A DNA stretch of 64,000 nucleotides from an uncultured Spirochaetota bacterium (GCA_963734545.1 CAVTHO010000007.1:64001-128000), one strand, 5' to 3'. Positions 30,769-42,330 are shown, numbered from the stretch's first letter. Numbers and translations are program-made. Notes: generated by a model from the letters alone, not told the origin.

Positions 30769-31290
30769 CTATCCGGCGGGCTCGATCACGCCGCCTTCCA
30801 GGTGGACCTCGTAGCCGCCCAGCGTCTCGGTGTGCGAGAATTGCGGCACGCGCTTTCCACCACTCGAAAGGGGAGACTGAGCCACCCCGGTCTGGTCCTG
30901 CGCGCGCGAGGATGCCGCCGCCCTCGGGTTCACGCTCAGCACCATGGTCGGATTCGAGTTCTCATTGAGCAGGATGGTATACATTGCGTCATCCCCCGGC
31001 TGGAACCCGGGCTTCCCCTGAATGGGGGTCAGGGTGTAATTGAGATAGCGATAGAAGTTCACGGGGTAGCCGGCGTATCTGTACTCGATATAGTACGAAC
31101 CGGGCAGGGTCTGGTAGTAGGCTCCCTGGAAAACGCGCGTGGGAATCGAGGGGTCAGTGGCGGCAATGGATGCGGGGGCATTCGCCCAATCCAGCGCAAT
31201 GAAGACGTCACCGACGGGTCCCTTGCAGCCGCTGAGCAGAAAAACAGCCGCCGACGCCAGAATGACGGCAAAGAGCAGGATGCGTTTCAT
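30769..31290 (-). CDS. Hypothetical lipoprotein
   Basis: MKRILLFAVILASAAVFLLSG-C lipobox; AGGAGG SD. Confidence 0.8.
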   Translation of the reverse strand: MKRILLFAVILASAAVFLLSGCKGPVGDVFIALDWANAPASIAATDPSIPTRVFQGAYYQTLPGSYYIEYRYAGYPVNFYRYLNYTLTPIQGKPGFQPGDDAMYTILLNENSNPTMVLSVNPRAAASSRAQDQTGVAQSPLSSGGKRVPQFSHTETLGGYEVHLEGGVIEPAG

Positions 31291-31351
31291 GTTTCTGTCC
31301 TCCTGATAGGTACAGGAGGTGAAACCCCGCCCGCGCGATTTTCCTACACTT

Positions 31352-32572
31352 TCAGGTCCATTTTTCCCTGATCGCCCGAATCACGTCGTAGATCTCGAAG
31401 AAGAGCGAAACCAGCTCCGGGTCGAACTGCTTGCCGGACTGCTCCTTGATGTAGAACAGAACGCGATCCTCTTCCCAGGCATCCTTGTAGGCCCTCTTGA
31501 AGATAAGCGCGTCATAGACGTCCGCCAGGGTGACGATCCGGGCCGAGAGGGGAATCGTCGAGCCCTTTTTCCCGGGCCCGAATTGAAGATTCTTCTCGTG
31601 GATGTCTTTCACGGTCCCGGGGTAGCCTGTGCCGTCCCACTTCTCGTGGTGGTTGAGGGCGACCTCGTAGGCGAGGGTATCCCACTCCGAGGTCGGATGC
31701 TCGAAGAACTGTGCCCCATAGAGCGTGTGATACCTCATGGCGGCGAACTCTTCCTTGGTGAGCTGCTCCCTCTTCTTGAGGATTGCATCGGAAACGCCCA
31801 CCTTTCCGATGTCGTGCAGCATCGAAGAAATCCTGAGGATGTCCTTGAAGTTGTTCACTTCCTCCCGGTGGACCGCGTGCGCGTCAGCCCATTTCTGGTA
31901 GAGCTCCACCGCGTACGCCCCGACGCGGCTCACATGAGGCTGGGTCTCCTCCGGGTCCCGGAGCTCGGTGGTCCTCACCATTTTGAAGACGACGTCGCGC
32001 AGCAGCAGCGCGCGCTCGATGGCGATGCCGGCATAGAAGGCGAACTGCGTGATGTAGAACTTCTGGTCCTCGGTGAACGGGATCGGGGAGCCGTGGCCGT
32101 CGAGACGGTTGATGAGCTCGAGAACCCCCACCATGTCGTTCTTGCTCGTCCGGATGGGAACGATGAGCATGGAGACCGTTCGATAGGAGGAGATCTGGTC
32201 GAAGTAGGGGTTGAATGAGAAGGGAAAGGACGAATCGATACGATACGCATCGTCGATGAGCAGGGGCTTGGAAGTGGAGGCGACGTATCCCGCGATGGAG
32301 CTCTCGTTGATGTCGATCTGGTTGTTCGTATAGATGTACTTGTTGGAAAGAAAATCCTTTCTGAAGAGCGAATCGTTCTGCACATAGCTGAACTGCAGCT
32401 TCTTCTTCTCCACCAGGAAGATGGACCCGGCGTCGGCCTCGGTCAGCGACCGTGTCTCATAGAGCAGGCTGTCCAGCAGGGTGGCGAGGTCCCTGATGTG
32501 GTGGAGCTTCTCCTGCTTTTCGAGGATCATGTTCAGTATGGAGGGATCGTCTCTACGCATGAGGGGAAGCAT
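31352..32572 (-). CDS. GAF + HD-GYP c-di-GMP phosphodiesterase
   Basis: GAF (SIAGYVA..YRTVSMLIVP..GVLELIN); LHDIGKVG, HHEKWDGTGYP, ADVYDAL. Confidence 0.92.
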   Translation of the reverse strand: MLPLMRRDDPSILNMILEKQEKLHHIRDLATLLDSLLYETRSLTEADAGSIFLVEKKKLQFSYVQNDSLFRKDFLSNKYIYTNNQIDINESSIAGYVASTSKPLLIDDAYRIDSSFPFSFNPYFDQISSYRTVSMLIVPIRTSKNDMVGVLELINRLDGHGSPIPFTEDQKFYITQFAFYAGIAIERALLLRDVVFKMVRTTELRDPEETQPHVSRVGAYAVELYQKWADAHAVHREEVNNFKDILRISSMLHDIGKVGVSDAILKKREQLTKEEFAAMRYHTLYGAQFFEHPTSEWDTLAYEVALNHHEKWDGTGYPGTVKDIHEKNLQFGPGKKGSTIPLSARIVTLADVYDALIFKRAYKDAWEEDRVLFYIKEQSGKQFDPELVSLFFEIYDVIRAIREKWT

Positions 32573-32653
32573 AGCGTCTCGCCTTCACTCTGTCACGCGG
32601 GCAAATGGTGCCCGACGTTGACACGCCCGGGCGGTTCGCCCTATCGTGAGGCG

Positions 32654-34715
32654 GTGACAGTCCGCTCGCCCCTGCGGGGCGAACCCGCTCCCGCGCGCCT
32701 GCGCGCCACATTCATCCTGACCATATCACTGGCGTACCTGGCCATCGGTTCCCTCACCGTGATTGCTTTTCTCCTGAGCGCGCGCGGCCTGGACTCCGCG
32801 TTCGCGGGCAGGTTCGCCGTCACGCAGGCGCTGCTGGAGAAGAACAGGGTGCTCTCCCGCATCGACCGGGAAGTCGCCCTCGCCCTCAAGCTCGCGGATG
32901 ACCCGATCGTGATGCGCTGGGCAGCCGCGGAGAACGACCCGCGCGTGCGGTTCCTGGCCATGGAGCAGCTGGAAAGCTACCGGCGGGCGTTCACCGATCA
33001 CAGCTACTTCATCGCCCTTGACGGATCGAAGCACTACTATATCCACAATTCCGCCTCCCCGGAGGACCGGGTCGCGCTCACCACCCTGAGCCCGGACAAT
33101 GCCTCGGACAGGTGGTACTTCGACGCAATGCGCTCGGTGGAAAAGTTCGCTTTGAATGTCGACTATAACCGGCTCGATCCGCGCGGCCAAGGTGTGGATC
33201 AACGCCGTCATCCGTGATGCGCGCGGCGTGAAGATCGGATTCTGCGGCACCGGAATCGACATTACCGATTTTCTCAAGAGCGTGCTCCAGCCGGCGGACA
33301 GCAACGCCCTTACCATCCTGGTGGATGGCGGGGGGGTGATCGCGGCGCACCCGAACGTGGAGTACGTCCTTCGCAACGCGAACGCGAAGGACAACGCGGA
33401 AAAGCTCACGATCTATGCGCTCCTGGCGAGCGCCGCGGAGGGTGAGACTCTCCGCTCCGCGCTGCGGAATCTCGCGGCGGGAAGCAATGAGGTCGTCTCG
33501 CTCCCCCTGACCGTGGAAGGCAGGCGGTACCTGGCGGCTGTCTCTTTTCTTGCGAGTATCGACTGGTACAACATCGTGCTGGTCGACACGGCGCGGGTCC
33601 TGCGCTTCAGGGACCTTCTGCCGCTGGCGTTGACGATCATCGCATCCCTCCTCCTGGTACTCCTGGCGGTTGCGCTCATGCTGAGCCGCGCAGTACTGCG
33701 CCCGCTCTCCGCGCTGGCCTCCGCCTCGCGCGAGATTTCCGAGGGACGCTACGGCGTGCAGCTTCCCGTCACGCGGGCGGACGAGATCGGGCAGCTCACG
33801 CGCGCGTTCAATGCAATGAGCGCCACGGTCAAAGACACGACAGCGGGCCTGGAAACGCGCGTCGAGGAACGCACGCGGGAGCTCACGAGGTCCCACCGCG
33901 CGCTCGAGGAGTCGCAGCGTCTCATCATGGAAAGCCTTGCCTATGCGCAGCGCCTCCAGAACGGCATCCTGCCGGGCAATGACGCGCTGGCGCGCGCGCT
34001 GCCCGACCGCCTCGTGCTCTACCTGCCGCGGGATGTCGTGGGCGGGGATTTCTACCTCGTGCGAAGCTTTCCCGGCCGTCTCGTTGCGGCGGTGCTCGAC
34101 TGCATGGGTCACGGCGTGCCGGGCGCCTTCATGACCATGACGGTCCACGCGGTGCTCAACCACATCCTGGACGCTGTCTGCAATGACGATCCTGCCCGCA
34201 TCATTGCCGAGCTGGACAGGCTTCTCCGTGAGACCCTGCATCGGGAGGAGCCGGACGCGCGGCTCGACAGCGGGCTGGACATCGCGCTCTGCGTGTGCGC
34301 CCCGGAGAGGGGAGCCGCCACGTTCGCCGGCGCGGGCCTCCCTCTTTTCGTGTGGAACGGCCGCGAGGTGACGGAGGTGAAAGGGGACACCCGAAAGGTC
34401 GGGTACCGGCTTCCCGGCACCAGGTCCGCGAACGCGCGGCCGGGCGCTGCCTGGACGAATCATCCGGTCGGGCTCGAAGAAAAAACGGCGCTCTACCTGA
34501 CCACTGACGGTTTTCTTGATCAGGCGGGCGGCGACAGGGGGTTCGGATTCGGGCGCCAGAGGTTCATCGGCATGATCGGCGCGCACGCCGCCTTGCCGAT
34601 GGCGGAGCAGGAGGCGGCGTTCCGATCGGCATTGGGCGCCTATCGGGGAGCCCAGAGCCAGCGGGACGACATCACCGTGCTCGGATTCAGCCCGGGGAAG
34701 GGAGGCATTGCATGA
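32654..34715 (+). CDS. siaA: SiaA-type membrane sensor PP2C phosphatase (extracellular sensor-HAMP-SpoIIE), frameshift near 33175
   Basis: SREVALA-like IDREVALA, HAMP RADEIGQLTRAFNAM, VGGDFY, DCMGHGVPGA, TDGFLDQ, QRDDIT. Confidence 0.88.
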
Positions 34716-35254
34716 CGCCGGACCAGCTTTCACGCATCAGAGAGGAGATCACCCGGGAGGGGGTGATGATCTGCTTCAACGGGGCGTTCGTGCACAGCAT
34801 CATTGAAGAGATTGGAAGCGCCCTGCGGCGCTACCTCGAGGAGGAAGAGGAGAAAAGGGGAGCCGCGCTGGACGTGTTCTCGGTGTATATCGAGCAGGCC
34901 CAGAACGTGCGCAACTATCTTGCGCGCAAGCGTTTCTCCGACGTTTCCCACACCAATGCCATCATCGTCATCGGGCGCAACAAGGACGACCGGTATGTCG
35001 TGAGCTCGGGCAACATCGTGGAGACGGGAGACGCGAAGGAGCTTGCGGCACGGCTCGAGGCGGTCAGGGCCCTGGACTCCGATGGGCTGCGCAAGCTCTT
35101 CAAGGCGCGCCTGCGCGCGGAAACGCGGGACAGCAACGGCGGCGCCGGAATGGGTCTCATCGAGATTGCGCGCCGCTGTACGGAGCCCCTCCAGTATGCG
35201 TTTCACGCGGTGGATGAAGGCCACAGCTTCTTCTGCCTGACGGCGGTCGTGTGA
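34712..35254 (+). CDS. siaB: SiaB-family protein kinase
   Basis: ICFNG, FSVYIEQAQNVRNY, GAGMGLIEIAR; position between siaA and siaC. Confidence 0.9.
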   Translation: MTPDQLSRIREEITREGVMICFNGAFVHSIIEEIGSALRRYLEEEEEKRGAALDVFSVYIEQAQNVRNYLARKRFSDVSHTNAIIVIGRNKDDRYVVSSGNIVETGDAKELAARLEAVRALDSDGLRKLFKARLRAETRDSNGGAGMGLIEIARRCTEPLQYAFHAVDEGHSFFCLTAVV

Positions 35255-35261
35255 GGGGGGA

Positions 35262-35639
35262 ATGATGGAGCTGAATATCGCACGCACGACCTCGACGCCT
35301 GAAATCCGTTTCGATCCTGTCACCGGTACACTGGCCGTGACCGGCGAGTCCTACCCGGAGAACTCGTTCGATTTCTATGCACCGGTACTGGACTGGCTTG
35401 CCGTCAACCTCGCCATGATGAGCGGCTTGAGGCTCGAGGTATCGGTCACCTACATGAACTCCAGCAGCATCAAGTGCATGCTCGATATCCTGGACGCGCT
35501 GGAAGCGGCTCACGCCCAGGGGAAAGGCGTTTCTGTTGTGTGGAACTACGAAAAAGACAATCCCCGGGCGCTCGACCTTGCCGAGGAGTTTCGATCCGAG
35601 GTCACCATCCCCTTTGTGGTGAACGCAATCGAAAGCTGA
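35262..35639 (+). CDS. siaC: SiaC phosphoprotein (DUF1987)
   Basis: TTSTPEI, GESYPENS, YMNSSSIK, LAEEF. Confidence 0.92.
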   Translation: MMELNIARTTSTPEIRFDPVTGTLAVTGESYPENSFDFYAPVLDWLAVNLAMMSGLRLEVSVTYMNSSSIKCMLDILDALEAAHAQGKGVSVVWNYEKDNPRALDLAEEFRSEVTIPFVVNAIES

Positions 35640-35646
35640 GAGAGAA

Positions 35647-36807
35647 ATGACGGGGCGGTTTCGCGGGACGGAGGATCGGGACGCGGCGACACGCCATGCC
35701 GAGCGGGTGCTCGCGGACACCGGCGCCCGCACCACGGTTCCGGCGCCGGAGTACAAATCGCTGCTGGGAAAGTACCGCGCGCTGCTGGGCAAGTTTCACA
35801 AGGTGATGAGCATCAGCGACGGGTACAGCGCCGAGCTGAAGAGGGTAATGGCGCAACTGGACCAGCTGCGTTCCCTCGCCCTGCCCATCTGCATGTTCTG
35901 CAAGAAGATCCGCGTCGACAATGACTACTGGCAGCAGATCGAAGGCTACTTCGTTTCGCACCTCGACGTTGCCTTCAGCCATGGCATCTGCCCCGACTGC
36001 ATGGAGGAACGGTATGGCTCCCTGATCTCCTCCCCGGAGGTCAAGGCACGGATCGCCGGAGACGTACGCGCCCTCGCGCAGCGCGATGAACCCGGGAAAG
36101 TCCCGGAAGTGGATGAAACGGTCCGCGCGGCGGAAGACATCCTTGCGTACGCGGACGCCTCGCCGGCACGGCTGCGCGGCGGTCTGCGGAAGCTGGTGGA
36201 CCGTTATCGCCGACTTCTGCGGCGCATGGGAAAGATCCTTCTGATCAGCGACGGCTACCAGGCGCGCCTCATGGACCTGAACACCCGCCTGAGCCTGCTC
36301 GCGCACACGGACAGCCTCACCGGGCTCGCCAACCGCCACGCCGCCATGGAGAAGCTCGGGGCGGAGAGGAGCCGCGCCGAGCGCCACGGCGGAGTGTTCT
36401 CGGTCGCGATTGCGGACGTCGACGATTTCAAGAGGGTGAACGACGCGCACGGGCACGAGGCGGGAGACCGGCTGCTCGCTGCCCTGGGGCATGTCCTGCG
36501 TTCCACCATCCGCCGGGAGGACACGTGCGCCCGATGGGGCGGGGAGGAGTTCCTCTTCCTGCTGCCGGAAACAGGCCCGGGTGCGGCGGACAGCCTTGTC
36601 AGGAAGCTCGTTGCGGCCGTGCGGGCGCTCGAAGTCCCCTATCGAAACGCCATCCTGCGTTGCACGCTCAGCGCGGGCTGCGTCTCCTCCCGCCTGGACC
36701 GAAGCGTGGACGACCTTCTGCGGGAGGCCGATGCGGCACTCTATGAGGCAAAACGCCTCGGGAAAGACAGGGTGGTCTCAGCAGCAGGGGGCGCCCCCTC
36801 GGGCTGA
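35647..36807 (+). CDS. siaD: SiaD-like diguanylate cyclase with an extended N-terminus
   Basis: ISDGY helix present twice; CMFC..CPDC domain; DSLTGLANR, RRED I-site, GGEEF. Confidence 0.85.
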   Translation: MTGRFRGTEDRDAATRHAERVLADTGARTTVPAPEYKSLLGKYRALLGKFHKVMSISDGYSAELKRVMAQLDQLRSLALPICMFCKKIRVDNDYWQQIEGYFVSHLDVAFSHGICPDCMEERYGSLISSPEVKARIAGDVRALAQRDEPGKVPEVDETVRAAEDILAYADASPARLRGGLRKLVDRYRRLLRRMGKILLISDGYQARLMDLNTRLSLLAHTDSLTGLANRHAAMEKLGAERSRAERHGGVFSVAIADVDDFKRVNDAHGHEAGDRLLAALGHVLRSTIRREDTCARWGGEEFLFLLPETGPGAADSLVRKLVAAVRALEVPYRNAILRCTLSAGCVSSRLDRSVDDLLREADAALYEAKRLGKDRVVSAAGGAPSG

Positions 36808-36831
36808 TTGAGAATGCCCCGCGCCCCAGGA

Positions 36832-36853
36832 AATCCGCGGCATACCGCGGCGC
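36832..36853 (+). repeat. 22-nt hairpin repeat (AAT-stem-NNTA-stem-CGC family), single copy
   Basis: AAT-CCGCGG-CATA-CCGCGG-CGC between convergent genes. Confidence 0.75.
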
Positions 36854-37288
36854 TCAGGCTCCCGGCCGGTCCTGCGCCGTCGGCCTTCCCAGGATGAATC
36901 GGACGGACTCGACCACGAACGCGATCAGGGACACGCCAATGCCGATCGTGAGCAGCACCTTCAGCAGCGTGTTCAGCCAGGCCCCGACCAGGTGAGAGAA
37001 GTCCATCGGAAAGACGATGAAGAACACGATGGCCGACAGCAGCCCGGCCGCGGCGAAAAGCGCCCGCATGAGCGTCTGCAGCCTCGGCGGGTGGGAGAAC
37101 GCAAGGACCAGATTTCCGACTATCTGCACACCGAGTGAAATGTTGGCAGCCCAGAGGATGTCCACCCAGCTCTCCAGAATGACCCCCTGCGTCCACTGCC
37201 TCCAGAGCAGCAGCGTGTTCATGAAGACACAGGCGATGATGTTGAAGATGACCGCGGCGACGAAGTCTCCCGTTTTCTTTTCTTTCAT
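36854..37288 (-). CDS. Hypothetical membrane protein (4 TM)
   Basis: [18 protein letters not shown].., four hydrophobic segments. TACCAT lies 6 nt before the ATG. Confidence 0.75.
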   Translation of the reverse strand: MKEKKTGDFVAAVIFNIIACVFMNTLLLWRQWTQGVILESWVDILWAANISLGVQIVGNLVLAFSHPPRLQTLMRALFAAAGLLSAIVFFIVFPMDFSHLVGAWLNTLLKVLLTIGIGVSLIAFVVESVRFILGRPTAQDRPGA

Positions 37289-37384
37289 CCGGCCATGGTA
37301 ATTGCGGCGCCTTCCCAGTGACAAGAGGCCCCTGCGGAAGCCGCGACACTGGACGATCGGGCGAAGTGGTGTACAATCACATGC

Positions 37385-37906
37385 ATGAACAAACAACTTA
37401 CGATCCTGTTGGCGCTTCTTGTCCTGGTGCTCGCACCTTTCGGTCTCTTCGCCGAAAGCTTCGACGCGCTGCTTCCCCTGATGGTCGATCTGCCCGGTTG
37501 GGAAGCGGAGAAGGCGGACGGTGCGGACATGAGCGCTTCCGGCGTGCGCGCCATCACGGCATATCGAAGCTACGCGAGCGGGAAGCGCACGTTCGAGGCC
37601 ACGATCCTGATCGGCATGCAGGCGGCCGCGGCCTGGATGCCCAACTACCAGGAGGGCTACAAGATGGAGACCCCGGAAGGGGTGTTGGAGGTCAAGAAGA
37701 TCAATGGCTTCCTCGTGTTCTACATTTTCGAGCAGGAGGGAGGGTCGGGAGGAATAATCGTTCTGCTCCAGGACGCCAAGAGCAAGGCCGACCTCCAGTC
37801 CGTGTTTTCCGTCTCGTTCGCAGGCCTCTCCCGGGAGGAAGCTCTCCAGATGGCCCAACGCTTCAGCTGGCAGAAAATGAAAGAGCAGGTGGCGAGGATC
37901 AAGTAG
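37385..37906 (+). CDS. Exported hypothetical protein
   Basis: Signal peptide [29 protein letters not shown] lies 7 nt before the ATG. Confidence 0.8.
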   Translation: MNKQLTILLALLVLVLAPFGLFAESFDALLPLMVDLPGWEAEKADGADMSASGVRAITAYRSYASGKRTFEATILIGMQAAAAWMPNYQEGYKMETPEGVLEVKKINGFLVFYIFEQEGGSGGIIVLLQDAKSKADLQSVFSVSFAGLSREEALQMAQRFSWQKMKEQVARIK

Positions 37907-38010
37907 GCGGGCTTTCCGCTTCGCGATTCCCGCGTGTCCAATTCCTGTTGGAAACGCTCCGGCAAATTACTATTTTGATGGCAGGAGCGGATAGTGAACA
38001 GGATGCAGAC

Positions 38011-38880
38011 ATGTTGAAGAGCGGGAGTCCCGGCGAGCGATTCCGCCGCGCGCTGGATGAAGAAAGGCCGCTGCAGATTGTGGGCGCTCCCAATGCCCTG
38101 GTGGCGCTCATGGCCGAACGGACCGGCTACCGCGCAATCTACCTCTCCGGCGCGGGGGTGGCAAACCTTTCCTACGGGCTGCCGGACCTCGCGGTCACCA
38201 CGTTGGACAACGTGCTGGAGGATGCCCGGCGTCTCACCGGCGCCGTGAGCCTGCCGCTGCTCGTGGATGTGGACACCGGTTTCGGCGCGGAGCTCATGAT
38301 CGGCCGGACCGTGCGGGAGATGATCCGGGCCGGGGTTGCCGCGATTCACATGGAAGACCAGGTGGCCGACAAGCGCTGCGGCCACCGCCCCGGCAAGGCG
38401 CTCGTGAGTCTGCAGGAGATGGTGGACAGGATCGAGGCTGCCGTCGATGCCCGAAGCGACCCGCGCTTTGTCGTCATGGCGCGCACGGACGCGGTCGCGG
38501 TGGAGGGGACGGAGCAGGCCCTCGAGCGCGCGGTGGCGTATGCCCGGGCAGGGGCCGACATGATTTTCCCGGAAGCGCTCGGTGACCTGGAACAGTACCG
38601 CGCATTCAAGGCGGCGACCGGCCGGCCCGTGCTGGCCAACCTTACCGAGTTCGGTCTCACACCCGCGTTCACCACCGTCGAGCTCGCTTCCGCCGGTGTG
38701 GACATGGCATTGTACCCTCTGTCGGCGAGCCGGGCCATGAACCGGGCCGCGCTTCGGGTGCTGACCGCGATACGGGACCAGGGATCTCAGGCAGAGGTGG
38801 TGCCGGAGATGCAGACCCGCAAAGAGTTGTATGAGCTCCTCGGCTACGAAGAGCTCGAACGGAAGCAAAAACATGGCTGA
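38011..38880 (+). CDS. prpB: 2-methylisocitrate lyase
   Basis: [42 protein letters not shown]. The start could be 37978. Confidence 0.94.
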   Translation: MLKSGSPGERFRRALDEERPLQIVGAPNALVALMAERTGYRAIYLSGAGVANLSYGLPDLAVTTLDNVLEDARRLTGAVSLPLLVDVDTGFGAELMIGRTVREMIRAGVAAIHMEDQVADKRCGHRPGKALVSLQEMVDRIEAAVDARSDPRFVVMARTDAVAVEGTEQALERAVAYARAGADMIFPEALGDLEQYRAFKAATGRPVLANLTEFGLTPAFTTVELASAGVDMALYPLSASRAMNRAALRVLTAIRDQGSQAEVVPEMQTRKELYELLGYEELERKQKHG

Positions 38881-40028
38881 GGACAGCAAGAATCCGGCGA
38901 CCGAATACGATCGCAAATTCGCGGACGTGAAGAAGGTGGGCGGGCTGGCCGGCATCGTGGCCGCGGACTCGGCCATCTGCACCGTGGGCATCGAGGGCCG
39001 GGGCCTGAGCTACCGGGGCTACTCCATCGAAGACCTTGCCGCTTACGGCAGCTTCGAAGAGGTGGCGTGGCTTCTCCTGCGGGGGGAGCTGCCCACCGTG
39101 GGCGAGCTTGCGGACTACCGCCGCACGCTGCGGACAATGCGCCGGCTCCCCCCGGACCTGGCGCGGCTCCTGGAGCAGATTCCGCCCGGGGACAGCATGA
39201 TGGGCATCCTGCGCACCGCGGTCTCCTTGTTGGGAAACGTGGAGCCGGAGCGCAGGAACGGAGATTCCCTGGCGCTCGCCGACCGGCTGCTGGCCATCCT
39301 GCCGTCCATCGTGCTCGCGCGCGAAGGCAAAGAGCTGCCGGACGGCGAGGAGAGCCTGGCCGGCTATTTCCTGCGCGGCCTGCACGGCCGCTCCGCCCCG
39401 GATGACCTGCGCCGGTGCCTCGATGTCTCTTTGATACTCTACGCGGAGCACGAGTTCAACGCGTCGACCTTCGCCGCGCGCATCATCACCAGCACCCTGT
39501 CCGACGTGCATTCCGCCGTGGCCGGCGCCATCGGCGCCCTGGCCGGACCTCTGCACGGCGGCGCGAACGAAGAGGCAATGAAGCTGATCGAGGCCTACGC
39601 CGATCCCGATGACGCGGAGCGTGGAATCCAGGAACGGCTGGAACGCAAGGAAAAGATCATGGGTTTCGGGCACCGCATCTACACGGTCTCGGATCCCCGC
39701 TCCATCGTCATCAAGAAATGGGCGCTCAGGCTGGCGAGGAGCGAGCGAGCAGAAGAGGCTCTACGCCGTTGCCGAACGGATCGAAAAGGTGATGTGGGAA
39801 GAGAAGAAGCTGTTCCCCAACCTGGACTTCTACAGCGCGCTGGCCTACCGGTTCTGCGGTATCCCGACCGAGCTGTATACGCCGATGTTCGTGCTCGCGC
39901 GCATAAGCGGCTGGATGGCCCACATCATCGAGCAGAGGTCGAACAACAAGCTCATCCGGCCGATCAGCAGGTACACGGGCCCGGATCCCCGGGTGTACGT
40001 CCCACTGGTTGCGGAAGAAAAAGGATGA
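38873..40028 (+). CDS. prpC: 2-methylcitrate synthase, frameshift near 39748
   Basis: [49 protein letters not shown]. Confidence 0.92.
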
Positions 40029-41468
40029 GCAGCCCCGACGGGCTGCGGGGAGGCGGGGCCGCAGACATGCTGCTGGCCGATATCGCCGCCTACGTCGTCG
40101 ATTTTCCCATCCTGAGCGAGCCTGCTCTTGACGCCGCCTCCTGGAGCCTGGCGGACAGCCTCGGCTGCGCCATGCTGGCCCTCCAGTTCCCCGAATGCCG
40201 GCGGAGGCTGGGCCCGCTGGTGGAAGGCGCAGACACTGTCACCCGGCTGCCGCGTGCCGGGCACCCGCTTCGAGCTGGACCCTGTGCAGGCCGCGTTCAA
40301 CATCGGCACCATGATCCGATGGCTGGACTACAACGACACCTGGCTTGCGGCGGAGTGGGGTCACCCGTCCGACAACCTCGGCGGCCTGCTTGCCGTCGCG
40401 GACTGGTGGAGCCGAAGGTCCGGGGCAGGGGAGCCGGTCACTCTGCGGCGGCTCCTCGAGGCGCAGATCAAGGCGTACGAGATCCAGGGCATACTGGCCC
40501 TCGAAAACGCCTTCAACCGTGTGGGCCTGGATCACGTCATCCTGGTCAAGGTGGCGACCGCGGCCACGGCGGCGTGGCTGATGGGCGGCGACCGTCAGCG
40601 GATTGTAGATGTCCTTTCCAATGCGTGGATCGACGTCGGTCCGCTGCGCACGTACCGGCACGCGCCGAACACCGGGGCGCGCAAGTCCTGGGCCGCCGGT
40701 GATGCTACCGCCCGCGGGGTGCGCCTTGCCCTCATGGGCATGGCAGGCGAGCCGGGCTACGCCACCGCGCTCTCCGCGCCCCGCTGGGGATTCCAGGAGG
40801 CGGTCTTCGGAGGCCAGCCCCTGCGCGTCGGCAGACCGTTCGGCTCGTACGTGGCGGAGAATATCCTTTTCAAGATCTCGTTCCCTGCCGAGTTCCACGC
40901 CCAGACGGCGGTGGAGGCCGGCCTGGCCCTGCACGGACGGGTGAAGGACAGGCTGGAGCGGATCCGCCGGATACGCATTCGCACGCAGGAGTCGGCAATG
41001 CGGATCATCGACAAGCAGGGTCCCCTGCACAATCCCGCCGACCGCGACCACTGCCTCCAATACGCGGTTGCGGTCGCGCTCATCCACGGTGAGCTGCGCG
41101 CCGAGCACTACGAGGAGGAAGCGTCGCGCGATCCACGAATCGACCGGCTGCGCGCGCGTACGTCAGTGGAGGAGGACCGCCGGTACAGCGCCGACTACCT
41201 GGATCCCGAGAAGCGCTCGATTGCCAACTCTCTCCAGGTCTTTTTCGATGATGGAACCGCGACGGAAGAGGTCGCAGTGGAGTACCCCATCGGCCATCGC
41301 CGGAGACGGGCCGAAGGTCTGCCTCTCCTGTTTTCCAAGCTGCGGGAAAACCTTTCCGGCCAGCTTCCGCCGGATCGAGTCGACGCAATCCTCCGCGTGT
41401 GCGAGGACAGGAAGCGGCTCGAGGAACTGGCTGTGCCCGAGCTGATCGAGCTTTTCCTTCGTGCATGA
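40025..41468 (+). CDS. prpD: 2-methylcitrate dehydratase, frameshift near 40230
   Basis: [55 protein letters not shown]. Confidence 0.94.
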
Positions 41469-42330
41469 AAAACTGACCGGCCTGATCGAGCTGCTCTCCG
41501 CGCGCGCCGACGAAAGCGGCGACTGGTCCATTTCATCGGAGGAAGTCGCGGATATCCTCGGGATCGATCAGGTCCCCTTCTGGCGGGCCGTCCACGAGAC
41601 CCGGGACCGTATCGCCTTCGCCGATGCGATCGACGGCTGGAGCGCGGACAGCGTGGGCGATCTGGTGACCGTGCTGGAGCGCCTGCTCGGCGCCGGGCCC
41701 GAGGAGACAATGGCCCGGGCCGGCCTTTTCGTGCCGCATCCGCGCGGCATCGAGCTGACGGAAGAGCTCCTGTTCCGCGCGCGGCACCTGTGCGCCGCGC
41801 ACGAGGTGCGCGTGGATGAGCTCGCCGCGATGCTGCGCTACACGGGGACCGTGCGCGGGGCAATCGAGATCTATCTCGATACTCATGTGGATCTCGAGGC
41901 GCTCCTCGACGGCTGCGCCGAGTCTTTCCGGGTTCTGCAGGGGATGCCGGCAGCCGGCCGGGCAACCGCCCGAAGGTACCTTCAGAGAATGTTCGCCCGG
42001 CATGTCCTGGACCGTCGGGCGCTGCTCACCGGCCTCGAGGAAAGACTCAGGCTCGCCGCGGCGCAGCTCGGATTCATCGACGCGGAGGACCGGGCCCGCG
42101 CAGGTGACGAACCTGATTCGGGGGCTCGACAGGGCACCTCCCGGCATGCATGGGCGAGGAAGGTGATGGGTTTCACCGGTCAGGCCGTCACGCCGGACGC
42201 CCTGCGCGCGCGCTATCGCCAGCTGATGATGCGCCACCATCCCGACGTGGATCCCGCAGGCCTGGAACGCTGCAAGGACGTCAACGTCGCATACTCACTT
42301 CTCATCGCCGAGGCCTCTCCGCGGTCTTGA
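41461..42330 (+). CDS. Protein with a C-terminal J-domain
   Basis: [23 protein letters not shown]. The true start is probably the ATG at 41465 with one A missing from the run. Confidence 0.78.
   Translation: MHEKLTGLIELLSARADESGDWSISSEEVADILGIDQVPFWRAVHETRDRIAFADAIDGWSADSVGDLVTVLERLLGAGPEETMARAGLFVPHPRGIELTEELLFRARHLCAAHEVRVDELAAMLRYTGTVRGAIEIYLDTHVDLEALLDGCAESFRVLQGMPAAGRATARRYLQRMFARHVLDRRALLTGLEERLRLAAAQLGFIDAEDRARAGDEPDSGARQGTSRHAWARKVMGFTGQAVTPDALRARYRQLMMRHHPDVDPAGLERCKDVNVAYSLLIAEASPRS

Noticed and set aside
37318-38010. Long N-terminal extension of PrpB
   Set aside because: It overlaps the real gene at 37385-37906 in another frame, has Arg/Gly-rich shadow composition, and PrpB homology begins near 38011.
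38831-40702. 623-aa PrpC-PrpD-like fusion ORF
   Set aside because: An artefact of frameshifts near 39748 and 40230; the normal PrpC end and PrpD body are in other frames.
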